Below are positions 1 through 15,220 of a stretch of DNA of 64,000 bases, piece after piece (the stretch's first letter is position 1; every line of letters begins with the position of its first letter). The position numbers and the translations under genes were made by a program. The notes under the pieces are model-generated. The model did no database searches. It worked only from the letters and a program-made list of their open reading frames with translations, and was not told the origin of the DNA. The stretch lies in contig OX597828.1 in assembly GCA_951406725.2 (NCBI GenBank), forward strand, positions 19,840,001-19,904,000, written 5' to 3'. This DNA is from Octopus vulgaris (lineage: Eukaryota).

Positions 1-76
1 AAACCTTCAAAAGAAAAGCTCTACCTTGTAATTTGTTCTATCTGTGTGCAGCCCTGTGTGGCTAATAAAGAAACAT
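1..76 (+). mobile_element. 3' end of a Tx1/L1-like LINE (continues left of window), followed by (TCCA/TCTA)n
   Basis: Same sequence as the 3' tail at 1087-1162 (aaaccttcaaaagaaaagctctacc...gctaataaagaaacat), followed by microsatellite. Confidence 0.85.
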
Positions 77-116
77 ATCTGTCTATCTATCCATTCCTCC
101 ATCCATCCATCATCTG

Positions 117-156
<40 letters not shown>

Positions 157-175
157 CCTATCTATCTATCTATCT

Positions 176-1296
<1,121 letters not shown>

Positions 1297-1311
1297 ACAC
1301 ACACACAGACA

Positions 1312-1393
<82 letters not shown>

Positions 1394-3064
1394 CATATAA
1401 ATCTGTTTTAGTACATTAGAAATCATATTGTAGTACAAGTGAAGCAAAACATTTGAGCTTCGAGTGAGTAAATAGAGACACGAGTTCGTATTCTTTCATC
1501 ATGCTGAAGGTACTTAATATTTGGCTCCGTTTAAGTATAAGTTCTACAAGGGGGAATAAATCGTATGGTGGAAGCAATATAAAATTGATGAGAGATATGT
1601 TAGCTCTTATTGTGTGGAGCTTAGTTCTTCGCGTAGAAATTAGTTACATGTCATACACTTGTCTCTCATTGAATTAATGTCAAAGGCTTTGGAGAGGATT
1701 TGTTATTGAAGGGGCTGGACCAGATAAAATTAGGATTCATAAACTATGCTCCCTTTAGCCCGGGAATTTATAAATAAATAATATCGATATAAACCCTAAT
1801 TTTTATCTATTGAGGTGTCACATAAAATCGTTATTTTTAAAAATTTAATCCATTGCAATTTTATTTGTATTAACACAAAGAATATTTTCACCATAGCGTT
1901 TTATAGTCGTTTTATCGCTCTAGTTTTGCTCTAGAACTTTTGCTTCTTGTTTCTGGAATTTGAATAAATTCTTACCTCTTTTCAGAAAATACGATATTTG
2001 ATAAACTAATAGTGAAATTGGTGCTACCAATTGTCCAAGCCCAACCATTAATGTAACTGAAATTAAATCCATGGTAAGGAGGAAAAGATCCGTCATTTTA
2101 ATGATTATTCTGATTAAAAAATGCATTGGAGATAACTCAGAAATTTAAATTGACAAAAAATATTTAGTAGTGCGGAGGGAATGTGATCTTTGGTGAGAGT
2201 GAGGTGACAACAACTGACATTAGAATATCGCAATTGAAGTAGCGGCAAAGCACTAAAACTTGAAACCAGTTCTCGAGTAACTGCCCCAGTAGCATTGTTT
2301 CTTTCATTTCAGGAAATCCTTTCGTTGTACATCAATTTCCTTTCATAAACCCTCTATACAATATTTGTTGGTCGGCTCTTACATATATTTTTTTTATCTG
2401 TCCTCTTATTTGTTCTGCTTTGTGAAAGGGTCACCCGATTTTATTGACGCAACTGAGATATAGCTAAACGTCGACGGACAATCACCATTGTTTCGGATTC
2501 TGAAGGAGGTGTACTCTATTATTAGTTGGCCTTTGAGTTCAGGTGGAATATAAACTTAGAACGTAATGATTAGACACGATAAAACTCTCCTCCTATGCCC
2601 TGGAATGGTACTTTATCGACACTTGTGAAAGAGAAGAAAGTTGACTTCTGTAAGATCTGAACACACAATGCAAAGAGCCGAAAGAGACGCTGCAAGGTAT
2701 GCCGTCATACTCTCTTATGATTCCACCAACTTCATCGGCTCTTGAGAGAAAGACAGAAAAATTTAACCTCGGCGAAATTTGAACACAGAATACAAAGTGC
2801 TGGAAGAGATACCTCAATGTCTCCCTTCTTATATTTTAAACAATTCCGCTAATCTACCAACCTCAAATACTATTTTATTTCCCTTTTTTGAGAGAAAGAA
2901 AGATAAATTTAGTCTCGAAGAGATTTGAACACAGAATGCAGAAATACTGTAAAGAAGTGTTTTAACCCACGTTCCAGTGACTCAGCTAATTCGATACTAT
3001 TTTGAGGGCAGGGTCCTTAGTCTGAAATCACAAATTCATCTAGAGTTATAAAGTGTCCACTTAC

Positions 3065-3539
3065 CTTGTGCAAAACTGTTAAATTTGCAAAAGAAAGCGC
3101 CCAAAACCCAGTCTTCGTTTAAACTGGAAACCAGATGTACCCATGAACAGGATAAGGTGACAAGAAGATCCGATGCTGCTAAATTCACTATGTAAAAATT
3201 GGTGGTCGTCTGCATTCTAGTGTTTGTGTAAACCACTGCGATTACAAGACAGTTTCCGGCAGTCGCGAGAACTATAACAATAACATAGAATAATGTTTTT
3301 ACTATAATTTCCCATAGTGGAAATTTCTTGAGTTCTCTGGGATAAGGTATATTTTCCAGGTAACTTGTATAATCAGTGCTTCCGTTGATATTCTCGGTTA
3401 TTGTTTCGGATAGAGAATATGACATACCTGCTACGCTAGTGACATCGTTGAATGGAGTTATGTTCCTTTGTAGAGCTCTCGTTGATATACTGTAAACCGT
3501 GCTCAACGTTGGTATGATGTCTTTCATGGCAACAGCCAT
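3065..3539 (-). CDS. First coding exon of a class A (rhodopsin-like) GPCR, neuropeptide-receptor type (N-terminus, TM1, TM2, start of TM3)
   Basis: ATG at 3539 in good context (acaATGG). N-glycosylation sequons (NIT, NGS), TM1 GN..VI, 'RMQTTTNFYIVNLAASDLLV' (TM2 LAxxD), ECL1 'WVLGAFFCK'. Exon ends CAAG|GTAAGT (phase-1 donor at 3064). No downstream exon found in 1-3060. Confidence 0.92.
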
Positions 3540-4051
3540 TGTTGACAGGATATTTGGTTTGATCTGATTGTATTTTATATATAAAAAAAATGGATGTATT
3601 TTTATACAAAAGACAATAAAAGTGATAACAATATTATTATCAATAATAAGAATGATGATAATAGTATTTTTTTCAGATTTTTTGTTAAACTCTTTCCATT
3701 TAAAGCTCAATTTTTGTATTTTTTTCTTTTTTAGCAGCAATAATCTTTTTTCAATGCTAATAAAACCATATGGATTTTGTTGTTCCGATAAGAATGAGTG
3801 GAGAATCAGTCTGGAATTACTGGAAATGTTGTCAGATGACAGCGGATGCTTCAGAGGAATATATATTTATGGCAACGGAAACTGGAAAAAAGAAGAAAAA
3901 AAAACGTAAAGAAAATGGAATGTTGAAAAATATAAACGATAAACAAAATAATTACAAAAATAACATAAAAATATCAAGGTTAACATAAACAATTAAATTT
4001 ATAGTCATAAAAATATGTTAAGCAATAAATCATACTGATATGAAAAATCCG

Positions 4052-4070
4052 CTGCAGAAATAGAAATCAT
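4052..4070 (-). promoter_or_regulatory. Candidate splice acceptor for the GPCR exon (would give ~510 nt of 5' UTR in the exon)
   Basis: Minus strand reads atgatttctatttctgCAG|cggatt: pyrimidine tract plus CAG. No transcript evidence. Confidence 0.4.
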
Positions 4071-4214
4071 ATAAAACCAGAATATTTATCAGACATAATA
4101 TATTTGATCACGTGTATAAAATGGCACTTTTGACTTCTTATCCGATATGGATCAAATTTGGCTTGCCTCTTCACTCCTAATGAATTTGCATGTAGTCGCT
4201 TGAGCAGGCTGTTA

Positions 4215-4425
4215 ACGGTTACCACCGGTATCGCCATTAATTTCCTCATGCCCCATAGTTTGCCTATCTCTCCCCACAGTGGCTGGTATTTCTCAATCTT
4301 TTCTGTTTCCCTACATTTCATCCTCGAACCACCTGGTGCTGCAACATCTATTATCTTTACTTCTTTTTCATCTTTATGGACAAACACGACGTCTGGTCGT
4401 CTCACCTCTATGGCCTTGGTCATAC
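4215..4425 (-). mobile_element. Fragment of REL-endonuclease C-terminus of an R4/Dong-like LINE
   Basis: Translation RRPDVVFVHKDEKEVKIIDVAAP...EKIEKYQPL..EIGKLW...IPVV carries the PD..D and K..KY motifs. Confidence 0.75.
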
Positions 4426-4444
4426 TGCATGTTAAAACCCCGGA

Positions 4445-5100
4445 GTAATAGCAGCTAGAAGGCCTGATTTGGTAGTAGTAGATATAGAAAGTGCCAGATA
4501 ATTGATTTTTCAGTCCCAATGATCAATATGAGAAGTATAGAAAAAAACAGTAAAGTATCAGGACCTAGCTACTGAATTACAGAGACTATGGAAGGTGCGG
4601 GTAAAACGTGTCCCAGTAGTTATATGTGCATTGGGAACTATCCCAAAAGATCTGAACAGATTCAATATGAGAAGTATAGAAAAAACAGCAAAGTATCAGG
4701 ACCTAGCTACTGAATTACAGAGACTATGGAAGGTGCGGGTAAAACGTGTCCCAGTAGTTATATGTGCATTGGGAACTATCCCAAAAGATCTGAACAGATT
4801 CAATATGAGAAGTATAGAAAAAACAGCAAAGTATCAGGACCTAGCTACTGAATTACAGAGACTATGGAAGGTGCGGGTAAAACGTGTCCCAGTAGTTATA
4901 TGTGCATTGGGAACTATCCCAAAAGATCTGAACAGATGGATTGAGGAAGTAGGTATGTAACTCAGTTTAGTTCACCTCCAGAAAACTGTGTTATTAGGGA
5001 TAGCTCGGATACTTAGGAGAGTTCTTTCCATCTAAGATTAATTGTTGTAGCTCGATGTTAGGATTATTTTTTTCTTTTCCAACAGTTTAATCTGTTGTGT
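4445..5100 (+). mobile_element. 3' fragment of R4/Dong-like LINE with an internal 138-bp triplication
   Basis: ARRPDLVVVD...CQIIDFSVP, then (SIEKTAKYQDLATELQRLWKVRVKRVPVVICALGTIPKDLNR) three times; units start at 4523, 4662, 4800. Confidence 0.8.
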
Positions 5101-5129
5101 GTATATGGAATTATAGTAGCACTAATAAT

Positions 5130-5346
5130 CCTTTCTGCTAAAAGCACCAGGCCTGAAATTTTTGAGGGAGGGGACTAGTCGATTGCATCAAACCGAGGGC
5201 ATAACTGGTATTATTTCATGAAACCCGTAAGGATGAAAGACAATGTCGACCTGAAGACAATGTCGATTTGAACTCAGAACGTGAAGACGGACGAAATGCT
5301 GCTAAGCATTGCCCGGCGTGCTAACGATTCTACCATCTCGCAGCGT
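5130..5346 (-). mobile_element. tRNA-derived SINE family A (Nin/Deu-like central domain), degenerate
   Basis: Similar to the better copy at 55640-55870 (ggatgaaag..gtcgacct..ttgaactcagaacg..gctaagcatt..cccggcgtgctaacg). Confidence 0.7.
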
Positions 5347-5349
5347 TAA

Positions 5350-5384
<35 letters not shown>

Positions 5385-5427
5385 TGATGATGATGATGAT
5401 GATAATGATGATGATGATGATGATGAT

Positions 5428-5468
<41 letters not shown>

Positions 5469-5499
5469 TGATGATGATGATGATGATGATGATAATAAT

Positions 5500-5713
5500 G
5501 GCTTCAAATTTTTGCACAAAGCCAGCAATTTCGAATGAGTGGGTAAGTCTTTTACATCGATCATAGTGTTCAACTGATACTTATTTTATCGACCCCGAAA
5601 GGGTGAAAAAGAAAGTGGACCCCGGTGGTATTCGAGCTTAGAGCACAAAGACAGACAGAATGCCGCTAAGCATTTTGCCTGGCTTGCTAACGGTTCTCTC
5701 AGCTTTCCGCCTT
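5500..5713 (-). mobile_element. SINE family A copy
   Basis: ttatcgaccccgaaagggtgaaaa...gccgctaagcattttgcc...ccgcctt matches family A. Confidence 0.7.
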
Positions 5714-6237
5714 AAATTTTAAATGTATATTAAAATAAACGATAGTGGAAATCTATTATATTCGTTGCATCCAGAATTATTTTCCTAGCTTAGGAGATTA
5801 AAACATTCATATATATTATTTAACCAATGGCGATTAACAAACGACCGAAATTTTGAGTTAATTATTCCTCATTATTTAACACTTCCACAAACTCTCATGT
5901 TATGGAATTTTAAAAAAATCTGATAGCTTCAAATATCTATATTAACTATATTTAGCGAACGTCTATATTTAGTGAACCAGGTAGACATAGCATCTAAATC
6001 ATTCTAAAATAACATTTCACCATATTCTATAAAGTAAGGGCAGATTTGATAATGTAAAGGAACACTTAGATAATCCTAAATAAGAAGGATGAACTGACCA
6101 TGGATAGAACGCTTTCGACTATAAATCTACTAAACAGCATTGATCTGGGATTAAACTATAACAGCAGTAAATACATGAACAGCAACAATAATGAAAACAA
6201 CAAAAATTATTAAGCATATCAATATATTTCCTAAACA

Positions 6238-6274
<37 letters not shown>

Positions 6275-6349
6275 CGGGTTATATGTATATAAATGTTATC
6301 TATATATGCTGTACATATGTATATATGTGTACACACAGACACAGACACA

Positions 6350-6380
<31 letters not shown>

Positions 6381-6661
6381 GTATATATGTATAATGTCAG
6401 TATTAAATAGATTAGTAAACAACACTTCCAGCCGCAAGGTGAACGAACCACTTAACTCGGAGAAGAAAACCCAGACAGCATGGCAGCCGTACACAATGCA
6501 ATGGACTAAAAGGTGGTTGATCAGAAAGTAGGAAAAAAATATACAATAAAAATAAAATAAATAAAGGCAATATAAAATGTGAAGACCTGCTGTCTTTCCG
6601 AGTCATTATCTAGCATCATACACATTGATGAAACGATAGATAGCATATGCCATAATGTAGA

Positions 6662-6714
<53 letters not shown>

Positions 6715-6997
6715 TGTGTTTGTGTGTGTGTGTCTGTGTGTGTGTGTGCGTGTGTGTATGTGTGTGTGTATTATGTATATTATATATATGATATATGGAA
6801 ATAATATATATATAATATATGTTATATATATATGCATGTATATATATAATATATAATATATATATATAATATATATATATATAATATATAATGTATATAT
6901 AATATATAGTATATATATACATATATATTATATATATATATGTATATACATATAGTGTATATAAAATATTTATATATAGACACACGCACATGTGTAT

Positions 6998-7053
<56 letters not shown>

Positions 7054-7751
7054 CAAGAGAGGGATAGCGAAGGAAACGAGAGATAGGTAAAGAGATAGAC
7101 AGACATACAGTGAAGGTGGTATAGTTCATGTGTGTATAGGGTTGATCAGACGATTGTTTGGTATTAGGAAAATGTACAAAACTGTATCCCACACTTTAAT
7201 AAATGCCTAATAAGACTTCACTACCAACATCACGTCTACAACACAGACAACCACGAACTCTATAACCACTTTGTCCAACACACTATCATCATCGTTATTA
7301 TCACTTTTATCAGGCACTCCTTATATTAGCCACACCACCATCACCACCGCCACGGCCAAGTCTATCCTCAGTCGACTCCACTTGGAAAAACCATCTCTTG
7401 TCAAAGTTTCAAGAAGCGACAACATAGCGATTGGCCTTAACAGCCTATATCACGTTCAATGACCAAAAGCAACAGCGGCGCCAATAGAAGCTTCACTAGA
7501 ATGATCCTCAAACGCTATCCGACTGACCTTAGGAAAAACAAGAACTACTGCAACAATAACAACAACAAAAAACAACAGCTGCAAAACAACAGCAATGGCA
7601 TGAGAAAAAGAATAAATTGGAAAATATCTTAGACAGAGAAGAGCAAAACTTGTAATGATACAATAGACAAATAATGATGAACTTGTAATTCCAAGGATAC
7701 TGTAAAAGATTGGAAATGAGAATGAATGAAAGCAAAATAGAAGGGAGATAG

Positions 7752-7828
<77 letters not shown>

Positions 7829-8441
7829 AAGGGAGAAAGAGAAGAAGTGCAATAAAGAGAGTGAGAGAGGAAATAGAGATGAGAGAGTGTCTGATTGAGA
7901 GAGATAGAATGAGTGAATGTATATAAAAAATGACTTCGACCAGAGAACGAAAATATTTATAAAATGGCATGTGCATTTTTAATCAATGGTATATCATCCT
8001 GCCACACGTAAATTGATACGCATATATTCATAACAATATACACACACGAATTTATAGACATATAGATCTACATAGACACATATAGAAATATGTCTTTTCA
8101 CACACATACACGCACACACACACATGTATGTATATATATATATATGAATATCTTTAGTTATATATATATGAATACATATGCGTGTGTGTTTGTGTGTGTA
8201 TGTATATATGTGCAGGTGAGTGTGTTTATATCAAATATGCAATATTCTCCATAGATGGCATTCATCTATATTATCTTCATTTGTAGCCATTCATTCATAT
8301 TTTTTTAGAGAGATATTAATGCAAATTCTTTTATACTTTCACTGCTTTCAACTATTGAAAGGTGGCCATCGTAGTGTAGCAAGTATAAGGACAAAGCAGA
8401 TTAAATCAAACGAGGTAATATACTTCATAGACTAATACGTA

Positions 8442-8536
<95 letters not shown>

Positions 8537-9024
8537 TAATAATAATAATAATACAAAAACTACATTGTCGCAGTAGGGATAGTAAGAATGGGCCCGATTA
8601 AGTTTCTCAGTCAGCACATAAAAAGAATGTAAAATACCACAATGAAATTTTGTATAATGCTTAAGTAATTCTAGCATCTACACATTATATCTTTTTGTTC
8701 CTTCCATAGTTTAGGGAACGGAGTCATATGATAAACTTAAGTACAACATAAACAGAAACATTTGGTATTTCATCATACATCTGGTAAGACTCAATAGCAA
8801 TATGGAAGCACATAAGCTATTAATCATAGTCAAATGAAATCACTGTTGTATAATACCTGTTTCTATAGCGAAGGAAAATGTCTTAAGCTTTACGTCATAA
8901 ATCTTTGCTTTTCCCCTGTACGTTCCGCGTTTTCGTGTTAATTCCGCCATTTTATGAAACTTTATCGTCGAAATGAATGGTGCAATTCTGGCTCTTTGAT
9001 GTAGTTCATGCACACACACACATT

Positions 9025-9097
<73 letters not shown>

Positions 9098-9152
9098 ACA
9101 TATATATGTATATATATAATAATATAAATAATATATATAATATGCATATATA

Positions 9153-9224
<72 letters not shown>

Positions 9225-9401
9225 GCATATACAGACTAACATGTAATCAAAGGGAAATGAGAACAGGCTGAATCCTCATTACTTGATTCTTATCAAACTA
9301 AATATTAATGAGAATGTGCACGCATGCAAACGCTAGGCAGGCACAAACGCGTATGTATGTATACATACATACATACATATATAATATATATATATATATA
9401 T

Positions 9402-9500
<99 letters not shown>

Positions 9501-9729
9501 TGTGTGTGTGAGTAATGAAACGCACACAAGTGTGTAAAATTGTGCGGACTGATTTGTATGTGTAGTAACACGATATAAAGACAGTGCGTGCCGTACGCAC
9601 ATAAACACATACACGCTTTTTATTTCTCTGCTTTCTGTATTTGAGCACTAAGTTTTTCAACCTTGTTTTGCATTTATATGCTTATTCATGTATATATATA
9701 TATAACAATGTGTGGTGTGAGTACGTGCC

Positions 9730-9762
<33 letters not shown>

Positions 9763-10296
9763 CTGTGTTTGTGTGTGTGTGTGTGTGTTTATCATACGGG
9801 TTTCCACATAATTTTTATCTACCAAATTCCACTTAAAATGTGTTGGTCAGAATGTAACTGTGGTAGAAGAACCTTTTCTAAAGTATGAACTGACTGGATT
9901 GAACCTGAGACCATGTAGTATCTGAAGAACCGTGCCCTATTACACACTCAGATATGTTGGAAACTTCAAATTACGTGGGAATTCAAGTTTCGCCTAACGG
10001 CTTGTCCAACCAGTATATAAGTGTGAATGCATACACGAATGCGTACAGATATACACACTTCATAACTGATCCAATGATTCAATATCTAGGACATGATGAA
10101 CCATTGAACCAGCTATTAGATAAGTATATTTCTACGTTATATTTGAATCGAATGGTTCTTAGGTATGACAACTTTGACTTTTATAAAATGTTAAATTCTT
10201 TGGCCACGACTGTATGTTTGTTTGTGTGTGTGTGTATATATATATTTATTTATTGTCGTTTTTTCTTACTCTGTTTTCTCTCAATCTGCACATTGT

Positions 10297-10490
10297 CATG
10301 ATGGATCGCTAGTCACTAAACCTTTTTTTTATTTTCTCCCTCTATTTTTTTCTGTATTCCTTTCTGTTGAAGATTTAGGCTCGAAACGTAAAAGACTTTC
10401 TCACTTCCCGAGCGTTAAACTAATGCATCTTTTGTTGTTTACACACCCGTTTTTGTCTTTTGTTTTGTTTGTTCTTTTTGTAAATTCCAA

Positions 10491-10492
<2 letters not shown>
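10297..10492 (+). mobile_element. Short PLE terminus with degenerate hammerhead motif
   Basis: Homologous to 32830-33013 and, inverted, to the PLE 3' end at 44819-45030; ends at a (TA)n tract. Confidence 0.75.
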
Positions 10493-10532
<40 letters not shown>

Positions 10533-10879
10533 ATATATATATGTGTGTGTGTGTGTGTTTATATATTATATATATGTGTATATGTGTGTGCGCATAATTT
10601 ATTTGGATGATACTATCAATGCTAGTCTATCGCTGTTAAGCTGTTACAATTTAATTCAAGATTAAAAATCACCATTCTTGAAATTAGAAATCTTTGGAGA
10701 GGCCGTCTTAAACGTTTGTGAATGAAACAGTCGCATAAGTCATCCACTAATTTACAAGTTTTCGACTTGAAGTTGAATGTTAATTATTTAATTATTTAGT
10801 TATTACAAATGTAAATATTAGTATCTTAATTATCACATTACTTTGAATAACAATGATTAGTTTATTGAATGTTGGTTGA

Positions 10880-12150
10880 GTAGAATCAGGAATCAGTCCC
10901 TGGAGCATGTGGATGTAATTACTTAATCTGGTAACGTAATGCCGGCTGATAACTTTGAAGATTAAGTGAAGAAACATTTCAGTGTTAGTTCATTGAATGT
11001 GAGAAGCATAGGCTCTTGATCGAGTATTCTAGCTGTAGGTTTAAATAATTTGCATGTAATTGATACATAGTTACACAGTGAAAATCTAATAATTTGGTTC
11101 TCCCAAAAAAGAAAAACAAAGCAAAAATCTTTCAAATGTGTAACTGATACAGAGAATGGGTGACATAAATATAATGAGTCAGAGAGATATGAAATATAGT
11201 CTTGTGTTGCGTAGTTGACATGAAGTGTTGCGGTTCATGATTATAGTTTCAAGATTTATAATTCGAAAATATCTGTGTTACTATTGCAATTTGAATGTGC
11301 TTTATTTGTAATTTTAACGACCCTGTGTATTATTTCTTATCTCAAAACTAAAATAGCGACTGGTCGGGTCAGTATCTTAAAATTTTCGATTGCATACAAG
11401 TTGCACTTACTAACATGTCTGGTATACAGTTGCATGACTTGGCAGAAATGCTCCTTTTACGTCTGATACTATCGGCTCCTTTGATATTTGTATCTTGGCA
11501 ATGAAACGAGGCTGTGTCTAAGCGAATAGATGGGTTGCGTATATCAACACTTGAATGTATTTTAGGTACGCTCGATATATGATGTGTTTCCTTGCTATCA
11601 TATTCCTGAATTAACTCTATACGATTCCACATTTTTCATTAAAGAGGGGATAAGGCTGTTTATGAAATGACATTCTGTTTGGAATAATGTGTTGTATTTC
11701 TGGATCTTTTTTTTTTAATTGAAGGCGAACATTTGTGAACGTATAATGTATAAGCAGCTGTATCTAACTTTAACAGAATTACTATTAAACATTTTACGAT
11801 ACCTCTGTGAAACGGAGAAATGAGTGCATATTAAGTCTAATCATCTCCTTCTCTATATTTGGAGACATTTATACTATATAAAAGATAATTCCATATTCTG
11901 GAATATTCATTTTCGGTTTCTTCAGTAGAAGTATTGTCTATATACTTTAGATTATCATTGAAAAAGCTTTATTAGCGTTCCATTCTGTTATTTGGTTTTA
12001 TTTCTTTATTTGCTGATAGATTAGAAATATGTCTACTAACATTTTCAGTAATGTACTTAACAGTAATTGGGATCTTATTAATGTATATTGGTTCTCCATT
12101 CAGCTTTCGGTAGGTGCCACACGTACATAGTTATAGTTTCAGTGATTTAT
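10880..12150 (-). mobile_element. Old degenerate Penelope-like element remnant (RT C-terminus/linker toward GIY-YIG)
   Basis: Manual minus-strand reading gives YRKLNGEPIYINK, ENVSRHISNLSANKEI and LDLICTHF..RKMFNSNSVKVRYSCL, resembling PLE motifs (YRKPN..P.YIN, KIFN.N.VK.SYSC). Many stops and frameshifts. Confidence 0.55.
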
Positions 12151-13296
12151 TTGGTTAATGGACTAACTTAACTGGAAGCTGGCTAGCAGTTATAAACGTG
12201 TGGATTACAATGGTTATTCAGCATCAGAAATGAAATTGGTTATGTAATGATGTACTTAGGGATATGTAATAAGTATTTTCAAGTACGTTTTGTATAATAC
12301 AACATTTTGGAATAATTTAGTTAGTTACATTATACAAGGAGTTGTGTATTTATCTTTGCTGTATTTTCTACGACTTGTGATTTCTGTGGAATACTTTAAA
12401 CTTTTATGCACACATTTAATTATGCTTATCGTGAATGTATATAGTTGAATATAATGTGTTTGAAGTATGATTAGTTACAAGCTAATACTGCTGGAAATTA
12501 AGAAAAAAGCAAAAATAAAAGGAACTCAGTACATTTATTTCGGTAAATATTTAATATATTTCGAGAACTTCTTACGCGCCAGTTACTTTAAATTCAGCCT
12601 CGCAACATTAATTGTAGAAAGCTCCACAGGAATTAGTCTTATGCTACAAGGACAAAAGAGACTGACAATCACCGTAACATTATAAGAAGTAATAAGATAA
12701 TTAAACATATATTTTTATATGACCATATTCGATATTTATAATTTCCGTTTATTCATTTACCACAGACAATAATGATAGTGTCAAGTAATTTCTATTTAGT
12801 GCAAGTTACTTTTATGAAAAAATGCAAATATTGGTTGTACTAAGATGTTATTTGTAGGCTTTGCGTATCTAAACTGCGGGAAGGAAAAACGTTTACTTGA
12901 GAAAACTTTTAATTATCATTAATTATTATAATATGCGTGTGCTTGTGTATGTACCATACATACATACATACATACATACATACATACATACATACATACA
13001 TACATACATACGTACGTACATACATATATACATACATACATACATACATAGGTACATACATACATATATACATACATACGTACATACGTACGTACGAATA
13101 TATATATATATACATACATACATGTTATGGTATATGTATCAGACAGACAGATAGGTAGATAGATAGATAGACGGATAGATAGGGAGACAAACACATAGAT
13201 AGATAGGCAGATAGGCGGACAAACACATAGATAAAAGGATAAATAGACAGAGACAAGCAGACAGATAGACAGACAGATAGATAGATGGACAGACAG

Positions 13297-13342
<46 letters not shown>

Positions 13343-13376
13343 TAGATAGATAAATAGATAGCTAAATAGATAGATA

Positions 13377-14752
13377 AGTTTCTTTATTGGCCACACAGGG
13401 CTGCACACAGATGGGACAAGTTACAAGGTAGAGCTTTTTTCTTTTGGGGGATAAAGAGAACAAAAAACAAAAGAAAAAAAAGGGGGTGGCGTAGGTTTTC
13501 GATCAAGAGGGATCGTAAAAGGGAAGAAAAGAACAAAAAAAAAATTGAATAAAATAAAAAGAATAAAAAGAAAAAAAGAAAAGGAAAAGGAACAAAAGGA
13601 AAGAGAAATGAAAAAAGAAGAAAAAAGGGGAAAAAAAGGGGAAGAGGAAAAAAAAGAACGATCAATAGGGATCGTGTATCACAGTGTTATGATATATGGT
13701 GTAAAGAGGAAAGCAAGTAAGGTTTATCTGTGGGAAGAAAAGCCTACGAAAAAGACCACGGTAACCTTGGTCAATATTGTTATATGTTACCACATTTGTT
13801 TGCAAGTGGGTAACCCTCTGTTTTCAATTTCTGGGTTCATAGGATTATGCTCAAGGTGGCTTCGTCATTCATACGTGCCATCCTTGCTACATTCACCCAT
13901 CTTTTTTTAAAACATTCGCTAGACAAAACTTGCCTCTCTACTCTCACTTTCCTTTTCAAGTGGTACTTGAAGAAGTTGATGAGAGATTGACCAGAGAGGA
14001 AAGTGTTTGTCTCCAATCCTTTGAGACGCGTCCACCAGATACATTCTTTCGCCATAGCCACAAGGATGATGAAAATAGCTCTTCCTTCCCGTTTGAAGGA
14101 AGGAGGCGTGACAATATTGACGATAGACTCAGCTGATAAACCGACTCGTCCCACACGTGACAGCAGTTGTTCGACATAAGCCCACAGGTCGGAAATTGTT
14201 GGACACTGCACGAGTGCGTGCAGAACGGTTTCGTCGCTCTGACCGCATCTCGGGCAGGTCGGCCCCGTGTTTCTCGAGCCGTGTCTGTAGAGCTTATCCC
14301 GAACGAGTAGCGCTTCTCGGTAGCACTGCCAGGCCAGGGATCTCTGGAAGTTGTCCATGGGCCCTGGCCCGAAAGTCGTCCTGAACAGGCGGGTCAGGTA
14401 CTCCTCGTCGACGTCCAGGTTCGCCCCGAGCTCGTCGTCGTACCTCCCTCCACTAATCCCCTATAGAATGCTTTGGTTGTGTTGAAGTCACTCAAGGTCG
14501 ACCCGGGACGGCAGAGTTGCTTGAGAGCAACGCGACACTCGCGGTGCCAATCGCCCTTCCTCGGCCTCTTTTTGATCCACGACTGCAGTTCGGTCATGGA
14601 GACGAGCTGCGGGAAAGCGTGCCTCACAAACGGCGACCACACCTGTTCACCGTCGTCTACATAGAGCCAGAGATGTCGCAGTCTCAGCGCGTGTCTGCGC
14701 ATCATCAACCACGGCATGCCCAGCCCTCCTTTTAGCGGGTGTTGACAGCAGT
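13377..14752 (-). mobile_element. 5'-truncated Tx1/L1-like LINE, same family as 176-1162
   Basis: QHPLKGGLGMP motif, zf-RVT-like region near-identical to copy 1, frameshift near 14445; 3' end abuts (GATA)n on the plus strand. Confidence 0.85.
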
Positions 14753-15005
14753 GCCAACTGTAGCAGCCACCCTCCAAACTTTGCTGTTATGTGTGTGTGT
14801 ATGTGTGTGTGTGTGTGTGTGTGTATTTGTTCGTGTGACTCAGTTGGTGAGCACTTGTGGCTCTAAGTGTGTAAATATATATCATATATTTACGCGATCA
14901 CATGTCATGTACCCATCACTCCTGTCTTCTCCACCACATCCTCAAATCCTCTCAGAAAATGAGAAAGCAAAATAAATAACTAAACCACTACATGTATCTA
15001 TACAT

Positions 15006-15069
<64 letters not shown>

Positions 15070-15187
15070 ATATATATATACATATATATACATACATATA
15101 CATATATATATATATGTATGTATATATGTATATATATACATATATATACATACATATACATATGTATATATATGTATGTATGTATAA

Positions 15188-15220
<33 letters not shown>

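Noticed and set aside
1700-2200. Possible degenerate PLE remnant or GPCR exon 2
   Set aside because: No TM3/DRY-like sequence; PLE similarity is only impressionistic.
3540-3740. N-terminal 67 aa of ORF 3036-3740 and its end after FAQ
   Set aside because: Starts at TTG in AT-rich UTR-like sequence; the true start is more likely ATG 3539 and the exon ends at the donor at 3064.
4523-4937. CRISPR-like appearance of the repeated block
   Set aside because: Contiguous tandem units with no spacers, eukaryotic context, LINE-derived.
7200-7560. Unique segment with splice-like ttttcctaag|gtcagt on the minus strand
   Set aside because: Ambiguous donor or acceptor and no coding signal; needs transcript data.
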